A DNA stretch of 64,000 nt from Octopus bimaculoides (lineage: Eukaryota), in the NCBI RefSeq assembly GCF_001194135.2, contig NC_068993.1, positions 3,221,428-3,285,427 of the forward strand, read 5' to 3'. Below, in pieces: positions 24,720 to 37,705 of this stretch. The notes under the pieces were generated by a model. That model was not told where the DNA came from. It did not search any database and saw only the letters and a list, made by a program, of their open reading frames with translations. Each line of letters opens with the position of its first letter. Position 1 is the first letter of the stretch. A program made the translations under genes and the position numbers.

Positions 24720-24935
24720 AAGGCAGTGAAAGCTTGTAGAAACATTAACATGCCAGACAAAATGTTTCGTGGTGTTTCATCAGTGTTTATGTTTTTGGCA
24801 CAAATCCTGTGCTAGTTGGCTTTGCCTTTCATCCTTTGAAGGTCGATAAAGCAAGTACCAGTCAAGTACTGTGAGCGATGTAATCGACTTGTCCCTCCCC
24901 TGAAAATCTTTTAACCTTTTACTAAAATTTGCGAT
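24720..24935 (+). mobile_element. SINE family C
   Basis: Central GCTTTGCCTTTCATCCTTTGAAGGTCGATAAAGCAAGTACCAG; homologous to 40088-40308 and 50428-50620. Confidence 0.8.
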
Positions 24936-24984
24936 CATTATACACTGCTGTGATACTGCATAGGTTGAGAAAAACCTTAAAATA

Positions 24985-25185
24985 TCGCTTTCAAATTTTG
25001 CCGCAAAAGTAGCAATTTTGAGGGAGGGGATGAGTCGATTAGATTGACTCCAGTGTTCAACTGGTACTTTCTTTATTGACTCCCAAAAGTATGAAATGCA
25101 AAGTTGACCTCAGCGGGATTTGAACTCAGGATGTAGCGATGGGCGAAATACCACTAAGCATGCTAGTGATTCTGCTAGCTCCTTA
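24985..25185 (-). mobile_element. SINE family C
   Basis: CTGGTACTTTCTTTATTGACTCCCAAAAGTATGAAATGCAAAGTTGACCTCAGCGGGATTTGAACTCAG is the reverse of the family C centre and B-box. Confidence 0.8.
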
Positions 25186-25189
25186 AAAT

Positions 25190-25385
25190 AATCCTTTCTA
25201 CTATAGGCACAGGGCTTGAAATTTGGGAGAAGGTACTAGTCGATTACATCGACCCCCAGTACTTAACTGGTACTTGATTTATCGATCCCAAAAGGATGAA
25301 AGGTAAAGTCGACCTCAGTAGGATTCGAACTCAGAACGTAGTGATGGGCGAAATGCCACTAAGTTTGCTAACAATTCTGCCATTT
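25190..25385 (-). mobile_element. SINE family C
   Basis: CTGGTACTTGATTTATCGATCCCAAAAGGATGAAAGGTAAAGTCGACCTCAGTAGGATTCGAACTCAGAACGT. Confidence 0.85.
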
Positions 25386-25439
25386 CCTTAAGATAATAGA
25401 AGGAATATTGTTTCTTTGTATCCTCTTCGTATTTTAGTG

Positions 25440-25690
25440 TGAAGGTCTGTGGCTTTATGGTTAGTGTATTTGACTCACGCTTGTAAGGTTATGAGTTCAA
25501 TTTCCTGCAGCATGATGTGTCCTTGGGCAAAACACTTTATTTCATGTTTCTGCCCTGAGAACCACATTAAGGCTACGCGTGGTTGCGGTGTACTCTACTC
25601 AGTCACTTATGCAATGATTTCCCGAGTAGGCTCTTCCGTGGAGCAGATTGACTGGAACACTCCTCATCATAATCGACGGAGTCGCCAGTT
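25440..25690 (+). mobile_element. SINE family B (tRNA-derived, CORE-like)
   Basis: TGGCTTTATGGTTAGTG (A-box), GAGTTCAATTTCC (B-box), GTGTCCTTGGGCAAAACACTTTATTTC, tail AATCGACGGAGTCGCC. Confidence 0.7.
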
Positions 25691-25974
25691 ATATTTCATA
25701 CACAACTGATATATCTGAGACCTCCACTGAATGCTGCAAAGACATAAAAACCATAAAATATTGCAATTGAAGGGGCAGAATTAATTAGGGTTTTATTTTC
25801 CTAACAGAGCAGTAAATGGTGCTAATTATTTTAAAGCCGTATGTATGTATTTGTATCTATTTGTGTCTCCTTGTGCTAACATTGCACGATGTTCGTAAGC
25901 ATGTATTACCGTCCTTCAAGCTGTGTCATATATTTCCTGTTGTCTGAGAAAATATGTACGGTCAAAAGATAAAT

Positions 25975-26095
25975 ATTAACTTGCTTGGAAACAAGTGATG
26001 GTTGTCAACAGGAAGGGCGTGTTGTCGTGGAAAACCTGCTTCAAACTAATTCTGTATAATCAATGCAAGCATGGAAAAGTGGAAGTTAAACTGAC
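25975..26095 (+). mobile_element. RTE-type 3' end variant
   Basis: ACTTGCTTGGAAACAAGTGATGGTTGTCAACAGGAAGGGCG...GCAAGCATGGAAAAGTGGAAGTTAAA; homologous to 27995-28140 and to the tail at 6600-6720. Confidence 0.6.
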
Positions 26096-26279
26096 GAGGA
26101 TTGCAAGACCAGGATGCTCTTGATATGACATTTGAATACATTAATTAAATGCAAAAGCAAAAGTCAAACATATCCGTAAAAATGAGGCGTATATAACACA
26201 TAGACTATTGTTCCTTAAATGTGAATATTCCGTTTAGTTCATTCTTGGAACTGATATGATTTTAAAATGAAGGTGGATG

Positions 26280-26600
26280 GAGATATTAGTAAGAGACGAG
26301 ATATTAACCGGTCCTCTCTTTCACAATCATATTCTCTGATCAATATTGAGCTTGTGTAGTTTTGTGCAGTAACATTTCACATTCTTACAGCTGCTCCTAT
26401 TCAAGATAAGATGGAATTTTCCATCATTGTTTGTCTGGTAATTTTCTGAAATTTTTTCATCTCATTTTGAAAAAAATTGTGTATGATTTGTTGCTGCTCT
26501 TGTAATCAGAGTACAACTTGCAGCTAAATGAACTTCATCTCATCATTTAAATTATCCCACTCAATGTCAAAAATATTTTCTTGGTAACCATTTTGAATAT
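26280..26600 (-). pseudogene. Highly decayed hAT (Buster/SCAND3-like) transposase C-terminal remnant
   Basis: Minus-strand pieces in colinear order across frameshifts: ENIFDIEWDNLNDEMKFI*LQ ... IPSYLE ... KLNI ... ERED ... RLL(T)NI. These recall the family motifs NPF..(L)QEE.IELQ, FPSSYLVE and ERGDLRL.LTNI (compared from memory). Confidence 0.5.
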
Positions 26601-27194
26601 ATTGAAAATGGAAGTTGAATATGTTTTATTTCTCTGATTAATTTATTGCGGGGTAAGAATAATCATGTTCGTTTGTGATGCAAATTAAGAGCCCTAAGCG
26701 AACAATCTGCCAAGATTCTCCTCCCACCTCTACTTCTACCTTTTATTACAGGCAAACAACTCTTGGCATTGACTTCAACATTAATATTCAATATAAAACT
26801 CAACTTTGATTTTCATTGTATATTTTTCCCCTTTCACAATAAATTCTCTCTCTTCCTCTCACCAACTCTTTCTCTCTGTCTTTCTCTTTCTTTCGAATTT
26901 TACAGGAATTGTTTTTTTTTTCAAGTTTTATTTTGATGAACCTATGAAAGCAATGTCTGTAAGGTGTTCCACATAATCAACTAAATTAGATTAAATTTTA
27001 AAAGAGTGAGAGTAAAGCCATTTTATTTAATACAATAATCACAAATGTACCGGAACATTCTAATCACTATTGACTTAACACACGTCTTTTCAGAATCCAG
27101 ATATGCCAGAACATATCCCAGGAGGGGCTGCCGAAGTCTCTAAAATTTTTTATTATGTCTCTATTGTATTATATTTTTTTTATCTTTCTTTCAT

Positions 27195-27601
27195 CTTCTG
27201 CTTGTTTCAGTCGTTTGACTGCGGCCACGCTAGGGCACAACCTTGAAGGGTTTTGGTGAAACAAATCGACCCAAGGAAGTTTTTTTAAGCCTAGCACTTA
27301 TTCTATAGATCTCTTTGGCCAAACTGCTAGGTTATGGGGATGTGAACAAACCAACACTGGTTGTCGAGCGGTGATGGGTTACAAATACATACACAGATAT
27401 ACACACGCACACATGCACAGACACGCATATATATTATATACACCATGTGCTTCTTCCAGTTTCTGGCTACCAAATCCACTCACAAGGCTTTGGTTGGCCC
27501 GAGGCTGTAATGGAAGACACTTGCCCAAGGTGACATGCAGTAGGACTGAACCTGCATCTATGTGGTTGGGAGGCAAGCTTCTTACGACACAGCCATTCCT
27601 G
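27195..27601 (-). mobile_element. SINE family A, near full length
   Basis: GTTTCAGTCGTTTGACTGCGGCCACGC (tail) ... ACTTGCCCAAGGTGACATGCAGTAGGACTGAACC ... CTTACGACACAGCCATTCCTG (head). Confidence 0.9.
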
Positions 27602-27749
27602 ATCCTTTTGTTAAGAGTTAGAGAGAGTGGAATGAGAACTCTGAAATCTTTTTCAGGGTCTCCGTGAATATTTGTAGAAAGAGTGAAAGTTATCTAAAGA
27701 CAGGAGACAGTCTTGCCCACTTGCCTCTAACAGAATGTATATGTATTTG

Positions 27750-27789
<40 letters not shown>

Positions 27790-27994
27790 TCAGTATGAAT
27801 ACCTGTCTGTGCCTCTGTGTATGTGTGTGTAGGTTTGTGGGTGTGAATATATATATATATATATATATTCATACACACATATATTCATACACACATATGC
27901 ATGCACACATACAGGACTATTGGAACAAGACTATTGTTTTAAAAGTGCATCACTTTAGTACAAGTTATATTTGTTTTTGTTTTGCTATCAACAG

Positions 27995-28140
27995 TATGAC
28001 TGGCCATGGAGAAATATTACTTTGCTTGGAAATAAGTGAGTATTGGCGACAGGAAGGGCATCCAGCTGTAGAAAATTCAAGTGCACAAATTCCGTTTGAC
28101 CCATGAAAGCAAGGCGAAAATAAGGTGGTGATAATGACGC
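27995..28140 (+). mobile_element. RTE-type 3' end variant
   Basis: CTTTGCTTGGAAATAAGTGAGTATTGGCGACAGGAAGGGCATCCAGCTGTAGAAAA...GACCCATGAAAGCAAGG. Confidence 0.65.
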
Positions 28141-28191
28141 ATACATATTGTTACACACACATAAATACTTACGTAGAAGTATATACGTGTG

Positions 28192-28268
<77 letters not shown>

Positions 28269-28882
28269 AGATACACATGGCGTGTACTTGCATACACATA
28301 TATAACCTCAGAGTATACCAGGCATATCATGGGTTTATATTAATGATGTTAGATACCCCTCCTAATTGCAATACCATAACAGCACAAGAGAATGTGAGAT
28401 CTAGGTTGAAACCTTCCCAATTGAAGTTTCTCAAGATATACGATAGCTTTGATCTATTTTGCTCGATATTTGTACTTCATAATAAATACACCTTTCCGCT
28501 CTGTAATTTATATCTATTCAACAAACCCCTAAATTTATCTTTCTGCCTTCATTCAACATGATTTTCCGACCATTCCAACATGATTCATGTCTAAAACTAA
28601 TAATATATAATTTCGGTTTTCCCAGTATTGGATTTATGATGGAAATAAAAATATGAAATACCGGGATTCTGTATATTGTAGCAAGGCCCCATTTTCTAGA
28701 TAAGCAAGAATATAGAAGAAAATACTGGCTTACATTGGATGGCTTTGGTTCATGTATCTTCTAGAATGTCTCTAGTTCTTCCAAAGAAAAATGGTGCCAG
28801 TTAGAGGGGTAGAGGGTGGAAAAATGTATTGTGCTGTGTCAGAAAAAATAGTGTAATATTGCTATAAAAGAAAAAAAAACTA

Positions 28883-28933
<51 letters not shown>

Positions 28934-29009
28934 NNNNNNNNNNNNNNNNNNNNNNNNNNNNNNNNNNNNNNNNNNNNNNNNNNNNNNNNNNNNNNNNNNN
29001 NNNNNNNNN

Positions 29010-29071
<62 letters not shown>

Positions 29072-29290
29072 GTGTATCTATATATACTCATATGTGATAT
29101 CTATTTGCAAATAGGTGTGTAAATACATATGTATATATGTGTGTATATGTATACATATGTATATACATACACACATGCACACACAAACATATATATATTT
29201 GAACGATCACAAATACGTAGACTTGCACATACACGCCTTTGCGCATATATACGTCTTTGTGTGTGTGCATCTGTGTTGGCGTATGTGTGT

Positions 29291-29403
<113 letters not shown>

Positions 29404-32400
29404 TATATACTTTCCATTCTATCAACTATAACAATTGGATTGTTTCCTGAGTTATATCCAATACTGCAAAAAGAAGATTCTAGTTCTGTGTCTGGAGATC
29501 GTGAAAATACGGCCATAATAACACGGCTTGGCCTTTATTTATGACAATCTTTGAAGAAATGTTTTACTGAGAAATTGTTGTTCCTTACTTCTGCTGTCTA
29601 TAAATTCAGGAAGGCATTGTGTTTGGTACCAAGTCTGGGATTATTTATAGGTGGTGCAATCTAGGTCTCTACTGAAAGAAAATGAGTAGTTGCTAACAGC
29701 AACGAATATAAGTTATATTTCGTAGCATGTTATGAAGCTCTTCGTTTCCTATTCATATATTATATTTTATCTATTTATCATTCACAATTTCTTTCTCTTT
29801 TTTTACCTTATTCATTCAAATTTTGTCTTTCAGCGATAGTAAAAGAATGAATAAACAAAAAAAAATAATAATAAAAAATAAAAGATAAAGATATAAAATA
29901 AATACTGCAGAATTTATTGAAGGAAAGGCAAACTCGTTTTGAGAAAATTCCCTGCAAACCTGACCAGTGTAATATTTGTGAAGATATCCCAATAATATTA
30001 CACTTTACCACAATACGATAACTTTTAGAAATATTGCATCTTGTCTTTGATTTGGAGAAATAAAAAAAGAAAGAAAAAACCCCGCAAAAGTGTTTAAACA
30101 ATAGTAAAAATAAAACGAGTGCTATATACTTTTGAAGTGGAGGAGGAGGAGAAAAGAAGGTGCCATATAGATCTCCTGAGTAAAAAGGAAAAATTCTGTT
30201 AGAAATAGTTCGATTACAATTGATGCAATAAGTGTATAATAATCAGAAAAAGGTTAATAATTTGAAAATACCACTTTGCACACACGTACACGCACGCATG
30301 CGCCCACACATAGCTATATACATGCATGCATGTATGTGTGTAATATCATATACTGTAACGTAATCTAATACACACGTGTATGTGTGTAAATAAATGCATA
30401 AAACAAAATAATACACATTCAAACATAAAAAGCCCCAATGTATATACGCATATATATATATATGTATNNNNNNNNNNNNNNNNNNNNNNNNNNNNNNNNN
30501 NNNNNNNNNNNNNNNNNNNNNNNNNNNNNNNNNNNNNNNNNNNNNNNNNNNNNNNNNNNNNNNNNNNATATATATATATATATCCATATACATTTATGTA
30601 CATCTATATGCAAAAATATATATAATGCATATATGTGTATGTGTAAATATTTTTATAAATGCAATTGACATATATTTATGGATACATAAATACACTCGCG
30701 TACATATATACATATGAATGTGTGTGCACGTGCACATGTATTCTGCATGCACATTTAATATATTGTTAATTGATGTCACTTGAGTACACGTCTATATAAA
30801 TTGGTACGCATCTTTCTGTAATTGAATAAATATGCATTATATAATTTAATATCATTAAATTTGAATTGTTCAGTTATTTTAAATAATAAAATAATGCTTT
30901 TGTTTAGTTTTTCTTCACATAAACAGGTTTACAGAAATGTATTCTTATACTTTATAATAATATAAATTAAAGGCGAATGCTTGATTCTGATAATGTTTTC
31001 TAAAGCAACGTATTGCATCACAAACTGTACATTTATAGATATTTACAAATCTAGCTAAGTTATGAAAATTATATATGTACACTTTTCTTCCTGTCTATGT
31101 ATGTATGTTTGTATGTATGTATGTATGTACGAATGTATGTACCTGTCTGTCTATGTATTTATCTATTTACATATATATCTATATGTGGATGTGTTTGCAT
31201 GTATATGCTTATACAAGCACACATATATATGCACATACATATAATCCACACCTAGACAGATGGCTTAGGAAAATTCTAGCAGGGTATGAATACGACAAAT
31301 CTCTATGAAATGTAGGAAATAAAAGATGACAATTAAAATGATTATAATGGGTTTAAATGAAATGCGATGGAGTGCTAATAAAAGCTGCAAAAAAGAACAA
31401 ACGTTCATAAGACACAGAAAATAAGATGTAAATAAGAGAGCTAATAAAATGAAGTGAAATGAGATGTAAATAAAGTAGCACTGAAAATATGAACAGGAAG
31501 GAAACAGGCAAGGGAGGACAACTACTAACATGTTTTAGTCTATTAAACCTCACCGGCATAGTACAATCTAACTTAGCTTAAACGATCAGTTGATGCCGAT
31601 TTTTGGATACAGAAAAAGAGTTACGAACTCTTTGCCATTTTGTGATAAATACTATTACTGTCTAGTTGCAGGTCAATCTTTGAAGGTGTTCAGATCAATA
31701 ATTTCAAATTGTTTTATTTTGAATAGGAAACCATCTCAGTTTGTGATGGACTTGACATGTAGTTCTCATTTGTTTTGACTCTTTCCCTTTAAGAATGAAA
31801 AACTAAATTAACCTTTTCGTAACTCCAACTATACACTACAATAATTTTCTAACCAGCAGTTTCCAAATGAGTCATCACATTTCATTAAAGCTTTAAGATC
31901 TTATCGTGATTTTATATCTAATTCTTAATCATTTATTGTAAAATTATTATGTATATTAGGAGCCAGATTGTTTAATTTGAAAATGATAAAAGCATTATTA
32001 TATGTTTGCAGGACATAGAATAGCAATTTGTTTACGTCCACACTGTTAGATACTAGTCTTTCCATGGCACAACACAAAGAAAGCTGTAATTTTTAACCAG
32101 ACTTTAATTTAGGCCTCAGTAACGTTATCACCGGAAAATCAATATCAAGGATGTTATCTATATTAGAAAAATTATTATAACAACAAATGGTCTATTTGTT
32201 TTGAATACCATTATTATAATAGCCTCTGCTTTTTGCAACATATTGGCATGATTACAGACTTACCGTTCCACTCAATAATTTATATACACCCAACCATTAT
32301 GCTTCACTTTTGTATGTGTTTATTCTCTGTGGAACCTGTGTGAGCATTACATTCGCATATCAACACTTTAAGCTACTCTTTTATCAGTGCTCTTTCAAAA

Positions 32401-32449
32401 GTCATCAGGATGGAGGAAAGGCCTCACAACCAGAGTAATTCATCAACGT

Positions 32450-32710
32450 TGTACTTGTTTAACTGTGGGTCAGTTCTGATCGAGCAGATTATAACAAAGC
32501 ATTCCAGTTATGACCATCCAGCCTTTTCCTATGTATGACAAACTTGTACTACATCATCTAATATCTCCTTTTATAAGATGATAAGATATAATTTGAGAGA
32601 GATTTCGTTGCTGATTCTTGTACATCCAACCAGCCCATATTAATTTCACGAGCAAGCTGTTGATCATATCCGCTAGGATCCTCGTTGTCGTAACCGACGG
32701 AGTGCTCCTT
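32450..32710 (+). mobile_element. Composite of degenerate SINE tail segments
   Basis: GGTCAGTTCTGATCGAGCAG...CATTCCAGTTATGACCATCC (also at about 16395-16450 and 19500-19575) and TTAATTTCACGAGCAAGCTGTTG...GTAACCGACGGAGTGC (family B tail). Confidence 0.55.
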
Positions 32711-33284
32711 AATGTCCTTAAAATTATCCTTAAACCTTAGGCCGATAATCTATTACTCTATCAATGTTCGGTTGATTCTTTAATGTTTCTTTCCATTATC
32801 AGAGAATGAGATACTATATTCAAGCGCACTTGAACGTGTAATAGTTATCAATATAATGTGTCTTTTATTAAATCTAGACACAAAAACATCACCTCAGCGT
32901 TTGTCTAATCTGTTCTCTAAACTTCTTAAACGCTATTATTTCTGACAGACAGCTACAATTCTAACAAATTACAGAATTCTATCTATTTTTAAAGCCATTG
33001 TTGCTTATTTTTGAAAAAAAAAAATATTGTTTTTTACTTCATCACAACATCTGTACAAATTTGCAATTAGATTAATTTACCTGAATATACAAAGGAGTAA
33101 AAAAAGATTAATACCAGTAGGTTACTAAAGAGAACATTCTCGGGGGATATGAAGTAAATTTTAGGAAGGGGATAAAAGACGAAACTGGTTTTGATAATTT
33201 GAAAGAATTGTTTCCATTAAAATGATCTCTCTCAACCCCACCATTCTCTCCCTCCGTACATGTGTGTGTGTTATATTTATATGT

Positions 33285-33336
<52 letters not shown>

Positions 33337-34420
33337 AAATATTTATATGTAAATATATATATATGTATGTGTATATATATACACACACATACATACATAC
33401 ATACATATGTATGTACGCAAGTATAGAGACTAGATTTTGCTTGAAGGATTGCTGTCCAAAACATTCACTGTTAATACATTTCCATTCATCTTTAAATACT
33501 CAAATTTCAACATCACAATTATTTTTGTTGCCACCGCTACCGCCAATTCTGCTAGCACCCCACCGCCAACATAATCATCATTAATGTCATCACTGTCACC
33601 ACGATTGTAACCCCCGTTTCCCCACCCACCATTATCACAAATATCATTACACCCCACCGTCATTATAACCATTCGTCTACCATTACTATTATCACCCTTA
33701 CAACTACCAGTTCTACAAACACCAACCACGTCATTGCCATCGTGGAATGTGTGAGACAATTATGGCGCCTAAATTTCTTCACACTTCTTTTAGTTCATCA
33801 ACTTGCGAAAATATCATTCTGAGATCCAATTGCATCATTTCCTTATTCTTTTTCTATCGTTGGTAGTTTTCACTGTAAAGAAGTCGATAAAACTCACACA
33901 TTCCGGTGGACAACTGTTCCATGTGCTCCAACAGGAATTGATGTGTATTTGAAAGGCGTATGTAACTTTAGTATAATTTTCAGGGGAAATCTATGTGAGA
34001 CGGAATAACCAGGTTCGATCCTTGAATTACAGCGGCAGTCTAACCGAGAAGCTTCCACGCAGTTTCCTTTCTAACTAATTTGACATAAAGTTATGATGAA
34101 ATAGCTAGTAAAAATGTCGCATTGTGGAATCGAACCCAAATTTTCAGGATGGCAAGGCAAATTGTAACCACTCGTACATGCACGAATACAACAATAACAG
34201 TAACAACAACGATTACAACAACAACAACGATAAGATTGATATACGGATATGAAAATGTTTGCTTAAAATAGCCTCTGTGTTCTTACATTTCCTTTGCCTG
34301 ATAAAAAAAAAGAAAAAAAAAAGAAAAAAACATGAAAATTATTCAATAAATTGTATTAAGATTTAAAGAGAGCTGAATTAACAGGTGGAGTAGAGTAGAG
34401 TGGAGTTGTATGGAGAGTGA

Positions 34421-34467
<47 letters not shown>

Positions 34468-34849
34468 ATGTATAATGGAGTGAGAAAGAGTTAGAGAGAG
34501 AGATAGAGTAGGGTTTTGATAACGAAATAAAGACAGTAAAATAAACACAAAAATGTAAATAAAATTCACACATTAAGCGAGTTATTTTGTTTTATTTGAT
34601 TAACACACACACACGCACATAAAGGTGCACAGACACACACATAATTTTAACCTTGTTGCACCGAAACTCTGTCGTGTACCAGTTCCCCTGTGCAGGTCAG
34701 AATAATCTAGTTCTTTATATACATCATTACTATTAAATCACCAATTTTCCCTGACTGTTAGAATTTCGTTCGGTATATATATATACATATATAAATATAT
34801 ATATATATACATACATATATATATACACATACATATTTATATATATATA

Positions 34850-34931
<82 letters not shown>

Positions 34932-37264
34932 AATATCTATCTATCTACATTTATCTAAATATCTCTCTATATATTTATGTATGTATATATACATTCATTC
35001 ATACATACATTGTAATATTTTGATTTTCTTTACGCCTTATATGTTTTCATATTTTTTCTTATTCCTATTTTTTTCTAAACAGTCCTTTTAATTGGTAGTT
35101 TTTTTTATTTTGTATTTTAGATATTCTATATTCCTGTTTTTCTTTTAAGCATCTGTTTTACTATTTGTAATTTTGTAGTCGTTGGTTTTCTTGTTTTTGT
35201 TCCTGAATAGTAAGTACAAATGCTGTTTTGTACTTGCCTTGCTCTTACACATCAACAAGAAAAACATATGAACATAAACAAAATTCGATAATATTGCATT
35301 AGTCAGGTAGGAAAATGTGTGGAGCAGTGTGGAAATATATTTGTAAGTGCGACTTTCTGTTTTGTTCGAAAGATATATTAGAAAGTAACCTACGCGTATT
35401 TACACGTGCCAGAGCACACTCACACACATATACACACATACAAACAGAAACACACATACACACAAGCATGTGCGCACTCCGATGTATATGCATTTATATA
35501 TATATGTATAGTATAGTATGAGTGTGTATGAAACATGTTTGTTTGCACATATAGACACAACACCCGCACAAATGAAATATAATTATACGTAGGATGTATA
35601 ATGAATAAGAAGATTAAAATTATTCGATATTTGTAGTAGAACAATCAATTCATCATAAACTCCATCATCAGCCTGTTTCTACGCCCCCCCCCAATATCAC
35701 ATCCGACAACAAAAAGTCACCAACAGTTAAGTGTGCTCGTGCGTTCGTACGTGTATATGTATGAGGGTTTCGTGTACCTATGTTCTTTTGTATTTGTGTG
35801 TGTGTGTGTATGTGTGTGTGTGTAAACAAGGAACAGTGTTTCTTTTATTCAAGCCCATTGTATTAACCTCATGGCTGTTTGTGTAATTATTTTATTAATG
35901 ACATTTTTGCATTTCCTTAGTCCTCTTCTTGAATCTATATTGACAGACAACATTCTGATATTAAATGTGTGTGTGGACTCCACTAAAATAGATAGATAAT
36001 CTGAGGGATCGATTAAGTCTATGCCAAGCAACTTTGTTTAGAATTTTATCCTTTCGGGGTCAATAAATTAAGTACCTTGTGCCTAGAGTAGAAAAGCGTT
36101 TTACACCAGAAAACGAAATGTTAAGCACAGAAATTGGAAGTGTTACTTTGTTTTGAAAATCTCTCTCCCTCTCCCTCTCCCTCTACTGAACAATCATGAC
36201 ATATCACTTGCGAGTAAACTGGATTTACAGAAGACCAAGTTATAAAAGACATGGAAGACTTGGACTTCGTTTAGTAGACAATTACTATTCATTAAGCTAA
36301 CATCAAACCATATTGAATAGACTTAGGATTGTTACATTGAATGGTATCGGTTGCAAACGGTAGTTATTGGTAAATGCCAAGTGTACTGCTTGCAAAATAT
36401 TTGTGATGATATTTGGAAACATGGTATTAAGTGTAAAAGCTTCTAATTTCATGTAATTATGGATGGATTTAAAGTTGTTTGATCCGCTTTCACATATAGA
36501 CGTATAGAGAATATAAAGCACCGATACAAATCTCATATGAGATGATACTAGACGTATCACAGTGATTGGCAGGCAGACAATATTGTCCCTAGAGTAAGTA
36601 GATGCTAAAATGAAGATGAATTCCAAGATGTTGGTTGTACATAGAGGGGAGAGAATGGCAAATATGTAGTCTATACTTCATCCTCCAAGCAAGGAAATAT
36701 TTCAGTGTTGCTTTAAATGTACAAGATAAAAACATTCTTCACTTTAGTGTAAATACATTTCACCTTTCTGGATTGCTATTGACACTGATGAATGTGCCCT
36801 GTATCCCTCAATTATAAGATTTATCTATCATTTTTTTCTCATCATTATATCTGAATGGTAATAACATCAGGTGTCGCTCGCTGTTTTCTACATATTTTGA
36901 AGCAGGGTTAGTTAACCAATGCTTGTATTATAGACAGATTCTGATTTCTCACTGCTCTGGTGTGGACGCGATATTGCTTAAATGACTCATCCTATATGAT
37001 AGGTGAATGTTTGTATTTGTCCATGTTTCACTATGATAGTGGTGGTGACACAACAAGGGAGGAGTGTGGTATGTGCCTGTCCTGTGGAGTAGTGAAATTC
37101 ACCACCTCTTCACATTTAGCACATGTTAACGCTCCCCTCCTCCAATGTAACCCCACTTTGCCATCCGCTCCCTCTGCATACTGCACGGTACCACACTGGG
37201 GATTGATAAACTTAAATAAAATATTATGCGGTTTGATTTGTGCATATCTATAGATTCCGGCATT

Positions 37265-37705
37265 GTGATAACCATCATCATCATTGTTTAACATCCATTT
37301 TCCATGGGTTGGACGGTTCAACTGGAGTCTGGAAAGCCAGGTGGCTCCACCAGACTTCAGTCTGATCTGGCAATGTTTCTATGGCTTGATGCCCTTCTTA
37401 ATGTCAACCACTCCAAGAGTGTAATGGGTGCTTGTTATGAGCCACTGGCACAGGGGCCAGAGGGGGCTGGCATTGAACACAATTGGATGGTGTTTTTACG
37501 TGCCACCGGCACAGAAGCTAGTCGGGGCTAGGGGGCTGGCATCGACCGTGTTCGGATGGTGCTTTGTACGTGCCACCAGCACGGGAACCACAACTACAAT
37601 TTCCATTTGATTGTGATTTCGTTTGATGTTGATGTACTTGACTCAATAGGTCTCTTCAAGTGTGGCATGTTGCCCTACGATCCAAGGGTACTTTTGAGTT
37701 GGCTG
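37265..37705 (-). mobile_element. RTE-type LINE 3' UTR with internal GCCACCAGCAC/GGGGCT repeats and (CAT)n tail
   Basis: CATCATCATCATTGTTTAACATCCATTTTCCATGGGTTGGACG...GATGCCCTTCTTAATGTCAACCACTCC. Its end GGCATGTTGCCCTACGATCCAAGGGTACTTTTGAGT is shared with 16950-16990. Confidence 0.8.
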
